Shown: one piece after another, positions 1 through 8,893 of the stretch | Layout of the letters: every line of letters begins with the position of its first letter | Numbering within the stretch: position 1 is the stretch's first letter | Assembly (NCBI GenBank): GCA_024404275.1 | Contig: JAKSQG010000005.1 | Coordinates: forward strand, 1 to 24,390 | DNA length: 24,390 nucleotides | Reading direction: 5' to 3' | From: Clostridia bacterium | Lineage (GTDB): Bacteria > Bacillota > Clostridia > Christensenellales > Aristaeellaceae | Made by a program: the position numbers and the translations under genes | Notes under the pieces: generated by a model | What the model saw: only the letters and a program-made list of their open reading frames with translations | Told to the model about the DNA's origin: nothing | The model's database searches: none

Positions 1-1533
1 GACCTGAACTCCGCTGCCAACGGCTTGTTCCGTGTATTGCCGTCCGGCAGACTGCGTCCGCTCATCCGTTTGATTGCGTTTTTGGGTTACCGTAGCTGGA
101 AACCGGTGGAGCTGTTGGAGTATACCTGCGATATCACTGACAGTGAGAAGGAGCTGTCCGCTCAATTGAACAGCCTCAATACGGAGGGCTGGCTGGTGTG
201 GAATGAGGATGGTTACCTGATGCACCCCGTGATTGCGTAGAATCTGCGTCAGGAGCCGGGCGGCTGCGACGAGTATCCGAAGCTGTGGCAGAAGCTGAAC
301 AAAATGTTTGCGGAGCCCATGACTGAAAAAACGCAGGGCTTTGTACCGCAGGCCGAAAACCTGCTGCGCTATACCGCCAATCTGGACCGGACAGCGCTTT
401 CACTGATCATCGGGCTTGAACAAAGCGTCATGACCCGTCCCACGGGCAGCATTACTGATGATCTGCCCAAATTGCACCGCAAATGGCTTGATACCCATGA
501 GCATACGGCGGTGGATGAGATCGATTATCATATCATGCAGCTGCTGTGGGCGATACTGAGATCGCGCCCCGGGCAGTATCGTGACTCCGTGGAAATGCTG
601 AGCGCCTGTGAAGAAAAGGATCTTTTGAGCACTGCCAACTATTCGCTGCTGCTCAACGTACTGGAGGTTGGCGGCAAATATGCCGAACCGGAACAGCTGA
701 ACCTGCTGTTTGAACGGCTGCGGCCCGATGATGACAAACGGATGGTGGATTACTGCAACTTTCTTGGCGGCAAGCTGCGTGCTGTGGATCAGAATCAGCA
801 GCGTGCGGCGGAGGTGCTTCGCCAAGGGCGGGAGCTGATTGAAAAGCTCTGCCTGACGGGAACAGTGCAGGAGGCCGCCAACGATTCCCGCATGGCGTAT
901 ACGCTGGCGGATATGGGTCTGTGGTCGGAAACACTGCCGTTGATGCGCCGTGTGATGGACAACATGAAAACACGCGGTTATGCCGATGATTCGCCTACGG
1001 TGACCCCCATCCGCAGCACCTATTATTTTTTCCTCAGCAAGTGCGGGGAGTATCAGCAGACGCGAAAATAGCTTGGCGATCATCTGAAGCATGTGCTTGA
1101 GAAGGATGAACGTTTTGAAGCCGTCGTGAGGGCGTATACCTCCTATCTGCGCCTTCTGATGGATCACGATGAGTTTGAAGAGGGCGAAAAGATCGCCAGG
1201 AACCTGATTGCATACTGCCGCGGCTGCGTGAATTCAGACCCCGAATTGGAGGGCGAGGCCTTTCTGGCGGGCGGCCGGGTGCTGCTGCTGTGCAGTAAAC
1301 CGGCGGAAGCCATTGGCTTGCTGGCAGAGGCACAAGGCCTGTTTGAAAATGTGGACGAGGGCTCGGTTTTGCAATGCCGGTTCTACACTTCCCGCTGCCT
1401 TGCGGCACTGGGACATACTGAAAAGGCCTCTGCCATGCTGAAAAATGTGCACAATATGCTTCTGAAGCGGCACGAAGGCAACCGGAAACTGCTGACGCTG
1501 GTGGAGCAGGCAGAGGCTGAGGAAACAAAATAA
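1..1533 (+). CDS. 3' part of a large STAND/NTPase-like signalling protein: winged-helix-like segment followed by TPR-like helical repeats. The 5' end lies off-window. Read through two in-frame TAG codons (238-240, 1069-1071).
   Basis: Track ORFs 25-240 (open to position 1), 304-1071 and 1093-1533 are all in frame 1 and separated only by single TAG codons. There is no Shine-Dalgarno before ATG 304 or GTG 1093. Helical-repeat-like sequence continues across both junctions (..GWLVWNEDGYLMHPVIA[TAG]NLRQEP..; ..CGEYQQTRK[TAG]LGDHLKHVLEKDERF..). Final stop TAA 1531-1533. Under the standard code this is three fragments. Confidence 0.55.
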
Positions 1534-1558
1534 ACAAATCAGAAAGGAAACTGCCATC

Positions 1559-2593
1559 ATGAAAAAAGTATTGTCTTTGCTTCTGGGCCTGTTGCTGTTG
1601 TTTACCGTTGCCTGTGCCGATACGGTCTATGACCTGGATGGCGGTTTCCAAATCGCTCTGCCGGAAAACACCACGGTCTATTCCAACTGGTATTATGTTG
1701 ACAATGTGATGTTTTCTCTTACTGTGTACGAGTTGGCTGATTATGGTTACCAGCAGCAATGGCTGGACAGTTTGAAGGACACGGTGATGGAGACGCTGAC
1801 CGTGATGATGTTCGGAACAAATGACGGCTTTCAAAACGAAGAGATTGATGCCGGCATCCCCTGCGCTTCTTTCCAATACACCGAACAGGGATATGAATAC
1901 CGTATTGCACTGGCACTGAACGGAACAAAACTGCTGGCAGCGGTGATGACGGACAGTACTACGGGCAAATATCCCGATGAAGCAGTATGCCGCAGCATCC
2001 TGAATGCGATTTCTGTTCAAGCTCAGGAGAACGCGCAGACAAACACGCAGGCGAAAAACTATCTGACCGATCGTGGATTTTATCTTCAGAATGGGCCGCT
2101 GCTGGTGGACCTGTCTGAAGACGAGTATAACATCGTGTATCAGGATATGCCGTATGACAGCCTGTCCGTTCAGCGCAGCGGCTATGCGTACAACCTGATC
2201 GACAGTGCGCTCAGGATGGGCGAGGGCACGGACATGATGATCTGGCGCCTCAATGAAAATGGCCTGACCGGTGAAAATGCCATGGTTTATATCCGTGCCA
2301 AAGAGAAAAAATACGATGCTTCAGATGATTCCCGCAGGTTCAGCCCTGCCGACCTGAAGACGTTGGCAGACGCAATCGCCGAAGTGATGTCCGCTTCCGG
2401 CACATATGACATTCAGGAGATCAATGGTATTCCGTATATCATTTTTCCTTTCGCCGGCGACAATCAGCTTCGCAGCGTGGCGGTCATCAACGGCGGCTAT
2501 GTTTACATCTATGTGAAAAAGACGAATCCGCTGACCGCGGCAGATGTGGATTTCTTCTATACCGTGCTGGAGCACATTACAGTGGCCGATTGA
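1559..2593 (+). CDS. Putative lipoprotein / secreted protein of unknown function
   Basis: 344-aa ORF. GAAAGGAAA lies upstream of the ATG. N-terminal signal peptide MKKVLSLLLGLLLLFTVAC has a lipobox-like TVAC. Stop TGA, followed by an intrinsic terminator. Confidence 0.85.
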   Translation: MKKVLSLLLGLLLLFTVACADTVYDLDGGFQIALPENTTVYSNWYYVDNVMFSLTVYELADYGYQQQWLDSLKDTVMETLTVMMFGTNDGFQNEEIDAGIPCASFQYTEQGYEYRIALALNGTKLLAAVMTDSTTGKYPDEAVCRSILNAISVQAQENAQTNTQAKNYLTDRGFYLQNGPLLVDLSEDEYNIVYQDMPYDSLSVQRSGYAYNLIDSALRMGEGTDMMIWRLNENGLTGENAMVYIRAKEKKYDASDDSRRFSPADLKTLADAIAEVMSASGTYDIQEINGIPYIIFPFAGDNQLRSVAVINGGYVYIYVKKTNPLTAADVDFFYTVLEHITVAD

Positions 2594-2619
2594 ACAGAAT
2601 AACAGCGTTCCATGCATAC

Positions 2620-2656
2620 ATCCCCGTACTCCGGAAGGAGCGGGGATTTTTCATTT
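2620..2656 (+). terminator. Rho-independent terminator after the lipoprotein gene
   Basis: ATCCCCG(TA)CTCC-GGAA-GGAGCGGGGAT hairpin (2620-2647) followed by a TTTTT run. Confidence 0.7.
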
Positions 2657-2681
2657 ACAAATCGGCGGAATTGTTGTGAAA

Positions 2682-2725
2682 GTATGCTGAAAGCATACCA
2701 ATCCGGATACGGTTTATGCTATACT
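2682..2725 (+). promoter_or_regulatory. Candidate operator palindrome plus extended -10 promoter upstream of the HTH-kinase-LRR genes
   Basis: Perfect inverted repeat GTATGCT-GAA-AGCATAC at 2682-2698. TG-n-TATACT extended -10 at 2717-2725, with the half-site-like TATGCT repeated at 2715-2720. No good -35. Confidence 0.35.
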
Positions 2726-2757
2726 GAACACAGAAACAGGATGAAAGAAAAGAGTAT

Positions 2758-3237
2758 GTGATGCTTGTGTCAGGAAAAAACGCCATGGACAAACCGAATA
2801 AACGTTTTTCGACCGATGAACTGACCAATGGTATTTTGCGTACGCGGGATTTTAAACGCTATCTGAACAGCCATGCCGAAGCTCTGCAGGAGGTTTCACT
2901 GCGGGAATATCTGGAGCAGCTCCTCCGTGAAAAGGGCTTGAAACGAGCGGAGGTGATTCAGCGTGCCAATCTGGACCGGGTGTTTGGATATCAGATTTTT
3001 GATGGACGCAAATCGCCCTCGCGGGACAAGGTACTGCAGCTGGCCATCGGGTTTGGCTTGAATTATTCATAGACCTGCGAACTTTTGCGCATCGCCCGAA
3101 AAACCGCCCTCTATGCCCGGCTCAAACGGGAGGCCATTCTGATTTACGCCATCGGGCATGGGCTTTCCGTGATGGAAACCCAGTATCTGCTGATGGAAGC
3201 CGAATTGACTCCTTTGGGACAGGAGAAGGACAGATGA
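2758..3237 (+). CDS. XRE-like helix-turn-helix transcriptional regulator, read through in-frame TAG 3070-3072
   Basis: Track ORF 2758-3072 ends at TAG inside the conserved C-terminal segment of this HTH family. The same frame continues TCELLRIARKTALYARLKREAILIYAIGHGLSVMETQYLLMEAELTPLG to TGA 3235-3237, which overlaps the kinase ATG 3234-3236 (ATGA). The start is uncertain (GTG 2758, ATG 2761 or ATG 2785). Confidence 0.72.
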
Positions 3238-4127
3238 AGGATTTTGATGTGGTGGCTTCCCTGCAGGAGGCGCTGAATGGCATCGAGGACCCGCTGCCGG
3301 AGGAAATTGCGGCGGACTGGGAAGCCATGGAATGCCTTGGGCACAGCGAAAGAGGGGAAACGCTTTTGCTGTACAGCAGGAAGAGTGCAGGGAAAGCGGT
3401 TCTGAAGCTGATGCAGGGAGAAAGCGATGATGCCGGTCCCGTGGAAAAACTGCAGATGCTTACGCATCCGGGTCTGCCAAAGGTGCTTCGTGCATGGAAG
3501 GATGGCGAAAGGCTGTGCATCCTGCGGGAGTATATTGAAGGAAGAACACTGGCAGATACAGAAGGTAACTTCTCCGAGTCAAAGGCAACGGATATCATCC
3601 TGCAGCTGTGTGATGTTCTGTCGTATCTGCATGGGCAAACGCCGCCGCTGATTCACCGGGATGTAAAGCCCGAAAACATTCTGCTGCGCGAGGATGGAAC
3701 GATCGCGCTCATTGATTTTGGTATTGCCCGCTTTTATAATGGACAGCACGAAAAAGATACACGTGTGATGGGAACGGAGCATTTTGCTCCGCCGGAGCAA
3801 TACGGCTTTCGTCAGACCGATTGCCGGTCGGATCTGTATGCGCTGGGCATGGTGCTGGGGTGGATGCTGACAGGCAGTGTACATCGTGAGGAATACGAAG
3901 CAATTGCCGACAGCAACCTGAAAAGAATCGTAAAAAAGTGCACGGCTTTTTCCCCCGAAGATCGCTTTTCTTCTGCTATAGAAGTAAAAAAAGCGCTGAG
4001 TCAACGGAAAAGCCCACGGAAGACGCTGATTGTGACGGCAGTGTGTTGGTCTGCCTTTTGCTGCTTGGAAGAATGCCGTTATTTGGGCAAAGCGGACCGA
4101 AACACATCTGCTTCACGGAACCGATGA
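3234..4127 (+). CDS. Hanks-type Ser/Thr protein kinase with a C-terminal hydrophobic segment
   Basis: Motifs HRDVKPENILL, IDFGIA and GTEHFAPPE. AGGAGAAGG lies upstream of the ATG. Stop TGA 4125-4127. The C-terminal tail after ~4040 may be out of frame (see the finding on the GT repeat). Confidence 0.9.
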   Translation: MKDFDVVASLQEALNGIEDPLPEEIAADWEAMECLGHSERGETLLLYSRKSAGKAVLKLMQGESDDAGPVEKLQMLTHPGLPKVLRAWKDGERLCILREYIEGRTLADTEGNFSESKATDIILQLCDVLSYLHGQTPPLIHRDVKPENILLREDGTIALIDFGIARFYNGQHEKDTRVMGTEHFAPPEQYGFRQTDCRSDLYALGMVLGWMLTGSVHREEYEAIADSNLKRIVKKCTAFSPEDRFSSAIEVKKALSQRKSPRKTLIVTAVCWSAFCCLEECRYLGKADRNTSASRNR

Positions 4128-4945
4128 TTGAGCAGGCGATCAGAAAAATGCTCGGCACCGGCAGCGAGTCCGTCCTGAACCGGGAGGAACTGGAAAAGGT
4201 CGAGGGGCTTTATATTTTCGGCGATGTGATCGCCATGAATGAAGATGAGTTTTATGAAGCGGCCAATCGTTGGTACGCCGGCGGCAGCAGGCTATATGGC
4301 ACAATCACGCGGCTGGATGATGTTGTACTTCTGCCAAATCTTCGACGGGTGATGATTGCCGCCAATGAGGTTGAGAATATCTCGCCTTTGTCTGCACTGA
4401 CCAAATTGGAAAAGGTGGAATTCAAGCATAACCGCATCAGCGACATTACGCCGCTGAAGGGGCTGAAGATGCTTTGTTCTGTGGGCTTGAACGACAACCC
4501 CGTGACCGATGTGACGGTGCTGCTGACGCTGCCGGAACTTCGTTATCTGGATTTGTGTGACGCCTCTGCTTATGATGCGGTTGGGTTGGCAGGGCTTCAT
4601 GATATGGAGCTGCTGGATATTTCCAATCGTACCGACAGCGGACGGTACCTTGGCACAAAACATATCCGTGATCTGAGGATGGGATGGACAAATCTGGACA
4701 GCCTGGACGCGCTTGCCGGGGTGATGGGGCTTGAAAGATTGAGCATTGAGCATACACGCATTACCAGTTTGGAAGGCATTGAACGCCATGCGGGACTGAC
4801 CTATCTGCGTATGTCCGGTTGTGAGGTGAAGAATCTGACGCCGCTTCTATTGCTTCCTGAACTGAAGACACTGGTCATTGACGGTGCCCGCCGGGGGGAT
4901 GTGGAAGTGCTGGGTGAAGTGCGTTTTGAGGTGCTGTATGAATGA
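4124..4945 (+). CDS. Leucine-rich-repeat (internalin-like) protein; possibly the detached ectodomain of the preceding kinase
   Basis: About 22-residue LRRs (..NRISDITPLKGLKMLCSVGLNDNPVTDVTVLLTLPELRYLDL..). ATG 4124 overlaps the kinase TGA (ATGA). The frame is open from 3938 and looks coding from ~4040. Stop TGA 4943-4945. Confidence 0.75.
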   Translation: MIEQAIRKMLGTGSESVLNREELEKVEGLYIFGDVIAMNEDEFYEAANRWYAGGSRLYGTITRLDDVVLLPNLRRVMIAANEVENISPLSALTKLEKVEFKHNRISDITPLKGLKMLCSVGLNDNPVTDVTVLLTLPELRYLDLCDASAYDAVGLAGLHDMELLDISNRTDSGRYLGTKHIRDLRMGWTNLDSLDALAGVMGLERLSIEHTRITSLEGIERHAGLTYLRMSGCEVKNLTPLLLLPELKTLVIDGARRGDVEVLGEVRFEVLYE

Positions 4946-5159
4946 CCCAAAGAGAAAAAAGAGAATGAAAAACCAGATGAAACGGAAAGCCGCCCTGCTG
5001 CTGTAGACTTTTGCGAGCGCGGCGAAGCGGTGGAACGCCTGATGGAATCACAATGAGCGGTGGATATATGCGAAAGGAGGATGAAAATACCGCAGCACAG
5101 AATGGAAAGGAACCGCAAAACACGAAAAGAAGCAATGAAAAATGAGGAGGAAAAAGGAT

Positions 5160-6227
5160 ATGAAGAAATTATTGCTTGCATTGTTGGTACTGACGCTTGT
5201 GCTGATGTCGTCCGCGATGGCGGAAAAAGCACTCGTAAACACTCCGGAGGAGTTGACAGCAGCCTTGATGAATGATGCGGTGGATGCCATTGAGATCGCC
5301 GCGGACATGACCGTGACCGATTCCTATGTGATGCAGACCAAGGACATTACCATTTTGTCTGATGTGGTCTTTCAACCTGCGCCGGATGAGGGCTTTTTTG
5401 TAAAGAGTTGGGAGATTCCGGAGGGCGTGACGCTGACCGTAAAGGGAAAGGTGACGACAGTACATACCTTTGAAGAGGGATTCGTCATCGCCCAATTTTA
5501 TTTGAATGGCGGTACGATGGATATCGGTGAGGGCACGGTCAGTGATGACTGCAACATCTGCTTCAATGCCGGTACACTGGTTGCTCCCGCGGCGGGCTTT
5601 GGTCCCAACGTGGAGGTAGCGCGTTATCTGTATATGGATGTGACGGAAGACACCATTGCGGAAGCACTGGCACAGGAAGGTTTGCGAAATGCGACGGTGC
5701 AGGCGGAATGCACGATCGAGGGCAATCTGGTGGTACCGGAGGGCAAGGTGCTTGAAATCAGCAGCGTGATGACGCTTATGGATGGCGCGGCTGTGGAGGG
5801 TGACATCATTGTGGATGCCGGGTGCGGCGTCATCTTGAAAGGCAGCGGCCGTTTCAATGATATGATTGTGCCTGAGGGCATGGAGTCTTGCAAGATCCTT
5901 TGGGCGGAGGATGGAAATTGTACGGTGCTGGAGTACAGCGAAACACCTGTGAGTGTGACTATCGGTGAATGGGTGGAGGCAAAAGGCCTGTACAGCAACT
6001 GCATGCTGACCGTGACGGTGAAAGAGATCATCAACCCCGCGCTGGCTCGGGTGGAAGATGAAACCGGGGAAGTCAACCTGTATGGTCTGCAGATCAACGG
6101 AGATTTCTTTGATATTGAGGAGGCAGGGGTGAAACCCGGCGACGTGCTGACATTGAGCAATCCGAAATACAATGTATATGACGGCGTTGTCGAGATGTCC
6201 GATGCCATGCTGATGACGGAGGAGTAA
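5160..6227 (+). CDS. Secreted protein of unknown function (signal peptide; C-terminal OB-fold-like segment is my guess)
   Basis: GGAGG at 5145-5149 lies about 10 nt before ATG 5160. MKKLLLALLVLTLVLMSSAMA is a signal peptide. Stop TAA. The track ORF starts earlier, at 5142. Confidence 0.8.
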   Translation: MKKLLLALLVLTLVLMSSAMAEKALVNTPEELTAALMNDAVDAIEIAADMTVTDSYVMQTKDITILSDVVFQPAPDEGFFVKSWEIPEGVTLTVKGKVTTVHTFEEGFVIAQFYLNGGTMDIGEGTVSDDCNICFNAGTLVAPAAGFGPNVEVARYLYMDVTEDTIAEALAQEGLRNATVQAECTIEGNLVVPEGKVLEISSVMTLMDGAAVEGDIIVDAGCGVILKGSGRFNDMIVPEGMESCKILWAEDGNCTVLEYSETPVSVTIGEWVEAKGLYSNCMLTVTVKEIINPALARVEDETGEVNLYGLQINGDFFDIEEAGVKPGDVLTLSNPKYNVYDGVVEMSDAMLMTEE

Positions 6228-6234
6228 AGCACAC

Positions 6235-6271
6235 AAAAACAGCAGGTCTTATCACAATGACCTGCTGTTTT
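6235..6271. terminator. Bidirectional intrinsic terminator between convergent genes
   Basis: AAAACAGCAGGTC (6236-6248) pairs perfectly with GACCTGCTGTTTT (6259-6271) across a 10-nt loop. A-run and T-run flanks serve both strands. Confidence 0.8.
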
Positions 6272-6295
6272 AATGCTTTTTGGTTCATTCGGCCA

Positions 6296-7714
6296 TCAAA
6301 GCGGCGGAATAGCGTCCAAAATGGTTTTTTCCAACGCTTCGCGGCCGTAGCTATCCACGGCAGCCTTGTTCTTTTCACCGTGGGTCAGGTTGCCGGCGCC
6401 GCCGATGCAGCCGCTGATACAGGCCATGCCTTCGATAAAGTTAGCGTCCAAGGCATTATGGGCTTTTTTGATAAGCGCCATGCGACACTCCTCAATACCG
6501 TCACAGACGCAGGCCTTCAGCTGGAAGTCATCCAGATGCTGTTCCTTCAGTCCTTCGGCAACGGCATCGCTCAGACCGCCGCTGCGGGCAAAAATGCGGC
6601 CGAAGTAGCTGGCGTTATTCAGCACATCCTCGGGCAGGGTGGTAATATCGATATCACGGCTGTCGAGCAGTGCCTGCAATTCTTCAAAGGTGATGACGGC
6701 ATCCACATAGGGTTTGACGTCTTCCAACTGTGCTTCGGCCTTTTTCGCGGTGCAGGGACCGATAAATACGATCTTGGCGGTTTCATCATGGTCCTTGATA
6801 TATTTGGCAAGGGTAGCCATGGGCGAGAGATTGTGAGAAATATAGGGCACCAGCGCCGGGAAGGCGGTTTTGACATAGCGGACAAAGGCCGGGCAGCAGG
6901 AGGAGGTCAGGAAGCCTTTTTCCACCAATTCCTTGGATTCCGCCTGGGCAACCATATCAGCGCCCAAAGCGGCTTCGATGACGGTATGGAAGCCCAGCTC
7001 CTTGATGCCGCTGATGACCTGTCCCAGCTTGGCATAATTGAGCTGGCTGCCGATGGCAGGAGCTACCAGGGCATAGACTTTGAATACGCTGTTGTCCTGG
7101 CTTTTTTTCAGCATATCGATCACATTGATGATAAAGGAACGATCCGTAATGGCACCAAAGGGGCACTGATACACACAGGCACCGCACTGAATGCATTTTT
7201 CATCATCGATCTTGGCAGCATTGTCATCATTGATGGAAATGGCCTTGATCTTGCAGGCGTTCTGGCAGGGACGCTTGCGGTTGACGATGGCGCTGTACGG
7301 ACACACCTTGGCGCACTGACCGCATTCCACACACTTGGATTTGTCAATGTGCGCTTCGTGATTGTGGTCAAAGGAGATAGCGCCGCGCTTGCAGACATCC
7401 TCGCAACGGTGGGCCAGACAGCCGCGGCAGGAATCGGTCACCTGATAGCCGACGGCAGGGCAGTCATCACAGGCGATATCAATGACTTGAATGATATTGT
7501 CTCCATTACCGCCTCCCATCGCCAGCTTGACGCGTTCAGCCAGGATGGCGCGTTCCTTGTACACGCAGCAGCGCATGGTGGGGACTTTGCCCGGCACGAT
7601 CATTTTGGGAATGTCCAGCACGTTTTCCAGCAGTGTGTCATTCCATGCCTGACGGGCGACTTCGCGCAGCACCTTGTATTTCAGATATTGTACCTTGGTA
7701 TCAAATTTGCGCAT
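6296..7714 (-). CDS. [FeFe] hydrogenase homologue with ferredoxin-like 4Fe-4S domains (HfsD-like)
   Basis: H-cluster motifs TSSCCPAF, GPCTAKKAE and EGMACISGCIGGAG. Several CxxCxxCxxxCP ferredoxin motifs. AAGGAG RBS. Stop TGA. Confidence 0.85.
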   Translation of the reverse strand: MRKFDTKVQYLKYKVLREVARQAWNDTLLENVLDIPKMIVPGKVPTMRCCVYKERAILAERVKLAMGGGNGDNIIQVIDIACDDCPAVGYQVTDSCRGCLAHRCEDVCKRGAISFDHNHEAHIDKSKCVECGQCAKVCPYSAIVNRKRPCQNACKIKAISINDDNAAKIDDEKCIQCGACVYQCPFGAITDRSFIINVIDMLKKSQDNSVFKVYALVAPAIGSQLNYAKLGQVISGIKELGFHTVIEAALGADMVAQAESKELVEKGFLTSSCCPAFVRYVKTAFPALVPYISHNLSPMATLAKYIKDHDETAKIVFIGPCTAKKAEAQLEDVKPYVDAVITFEELQALLDSRDIDITTLPEDVLNNASYFGRIFARSGGLSDAVAEGLKEQHLDDFQLKACVCDGIEECRMALIKKAHNALDANFIEGMACISGCIGGAGNLTHGEKNKAAVDSYGREALEKTILDAIPPL

Positions 7715-7723
7715 GCGTTCTCC

Positions 7724-8893
7724 TTAAAAATAGCTTACTTTGATTCGTTTACCCATTTTTTTGAGGGCTTGGGACAATTCTTCCACCAAATTCATTTTGA
7801 TGTTGAAGTTGATGGGCAGGTTGGGGTTCTGATGCGCCGGGTTGACGGCTCTGCCTACATAGAAATTGATGTCGGTGGCTTCTTCAAAAAGCAGACGGCT
7901 GATGAGGCAGGCACCGTCCTTGCCGTTGCTCCAGGTCTCATAACACAGGTTATCGCCCGTGTAATCCTTGGCGTATTCCACCACACGGTTGATGGTGATC
8001 ACGCCTTCCGTTACCAGATCGACGCCCTCCAGATAGGCAATGGGCGGAATGTCGCTGTCAAAGTCCAAAGAAGCCCTCAGGGGCTTGTTCAGCCATTTGG
8101 CGGCGATGGAGGAGGTGGTGCCGCCGCAGACGATGTGCTTTCCTTCCTTGGAGAAGAACAGGCTCATCATGCGGTCACCGTCATCACGGTTGCTGGGCGG
8201 TCCGAAGAGCAGATTCATGGGCACGCGCTTGCGGACACGGACCACACAGGAGGTGGCATCATCCCCGGGCTCGCCGCCATACAGCTCATTGCATTTATCC
8301 ACCAACAGGGTGGAAAGGTTCTTGGCGGTATAGCCGCACAGATTCATGGCCTCCATGAAGGGGATGATATCTTCCCGCTTCCAGCCGAAGTTATAGGCAA
8401 TGCCGATGCCTGCGTGGGGGCAGCCGTCGCTCATGGCGATAAAAACATCGTCTTCCTGCAGCCGGATGAGGGAACGGAAGATCTGTTTGCCGCCGATGGT
8501 GCTCTCTGTGCGTGGATATTCATAGTTTTCACCGTTGCGCAGCATGATGACCTGCGGGTTATCATACTGGATCAGCTCTGCCGTCTGATTGCGGATCAGG
8601 CGGATGATGGTGAAGGTGGAATAGGCGACGCCGCGGATGGAGCAGACGGGCAGCGTGGCGGCAATGGTTTCCACGCATTCCTCGATGGAAAGCCCGGCAG
8701 CCAGCATGGTGGAAATGATCTTGCTGGTCAGGGTGGACAGAATGCTGGCTTTGACACCGCTGCCAAGCCCATCTGCCAGCACGATGACGGTGGAGCCGTC
8801 TTCCTGTTCCACAATTTCCACATGATCGCCGCAAAGCTGCTCGCCGGCGTGATTGATGCTTTTGTAGCCGATATCACACGTCAGGTCATTCAT
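7724..8893 (-). CDS. SpoIIE/PP2C-family protein phosphatase (HfsC-like)
   Basis: N-terminal GDHVEIVEQEDGSTVIVLADGLGSGVKASILS and ..AMSDGCPHAG.., DDATSCVVRV are PP2C/SpoIIE-type motifs. The start overlaps the hydS stop by 8 nt (ATGAATGA). Stop TAA. Confidence 0.85.
   Translation of the reverse strand: MNDLTCDIGYKSINHAGEQLCGDHVEIVEQEDGSTVIVLADGLGSGVKASILSTLTSKIISTMLAAGLSIEECVETIAATLPVCSIRGVAYSTFTIIRLIRNQTAELIQYDNPQVIMLRNGENYEYPRTESTIGGKQIFRSLIRLQEDDVFIAMSDGCPHAGIGIAYNFGWKREDIIPFMEAMNLCGYTAKNLSTLLVDKCNELYGGEPGDDATSCVVRVRKRVPMNLLFGPPSNRDDGDRMMSLFFSKEGKHIVCGGTTSSIAAKWLNKPLRASLDFDSDIPPIAYLEGVDLVTEGVITINRVVEYAKDYTGDNLCYETWSNGKDGACLISRLLFEEATDINFYVGRAVNPAHQNPNLPINFNIKMNLVEELSQALKKMGKRIKVSYF

Noticed and set aside
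2674-2698. Rex-type operator (sequence begins TTGTGAA)
   Set aside because: There is no matching TTCACAA half-site at the expected spacing. The real symmetry here is the GTATGCT/AGCATAC palindrome.
3938-4123. ATG 3938 as the start of the LRR protein (track ORF 3938-4945)
   Set aside because: That ATG lies inside the kinase catalytic-domain coding region in another frame. The first ~35 codons (MHGFFPRRSLFFCYRSKK..) look like out-of-frame translation. Coding character in this frame begins near 4040.
4946-5159. Small ORFs in the purine-rich spacer (e.g. MKNQMKRKAALLL[TAG]TFASAAKRWNA from 4967; a 25-aa ORF from about 5068; track ORF 5060-5275)
   Set aside because: They are very short, with no convincing RBS and no recognisable features. 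They cannot be distinguished from chance.
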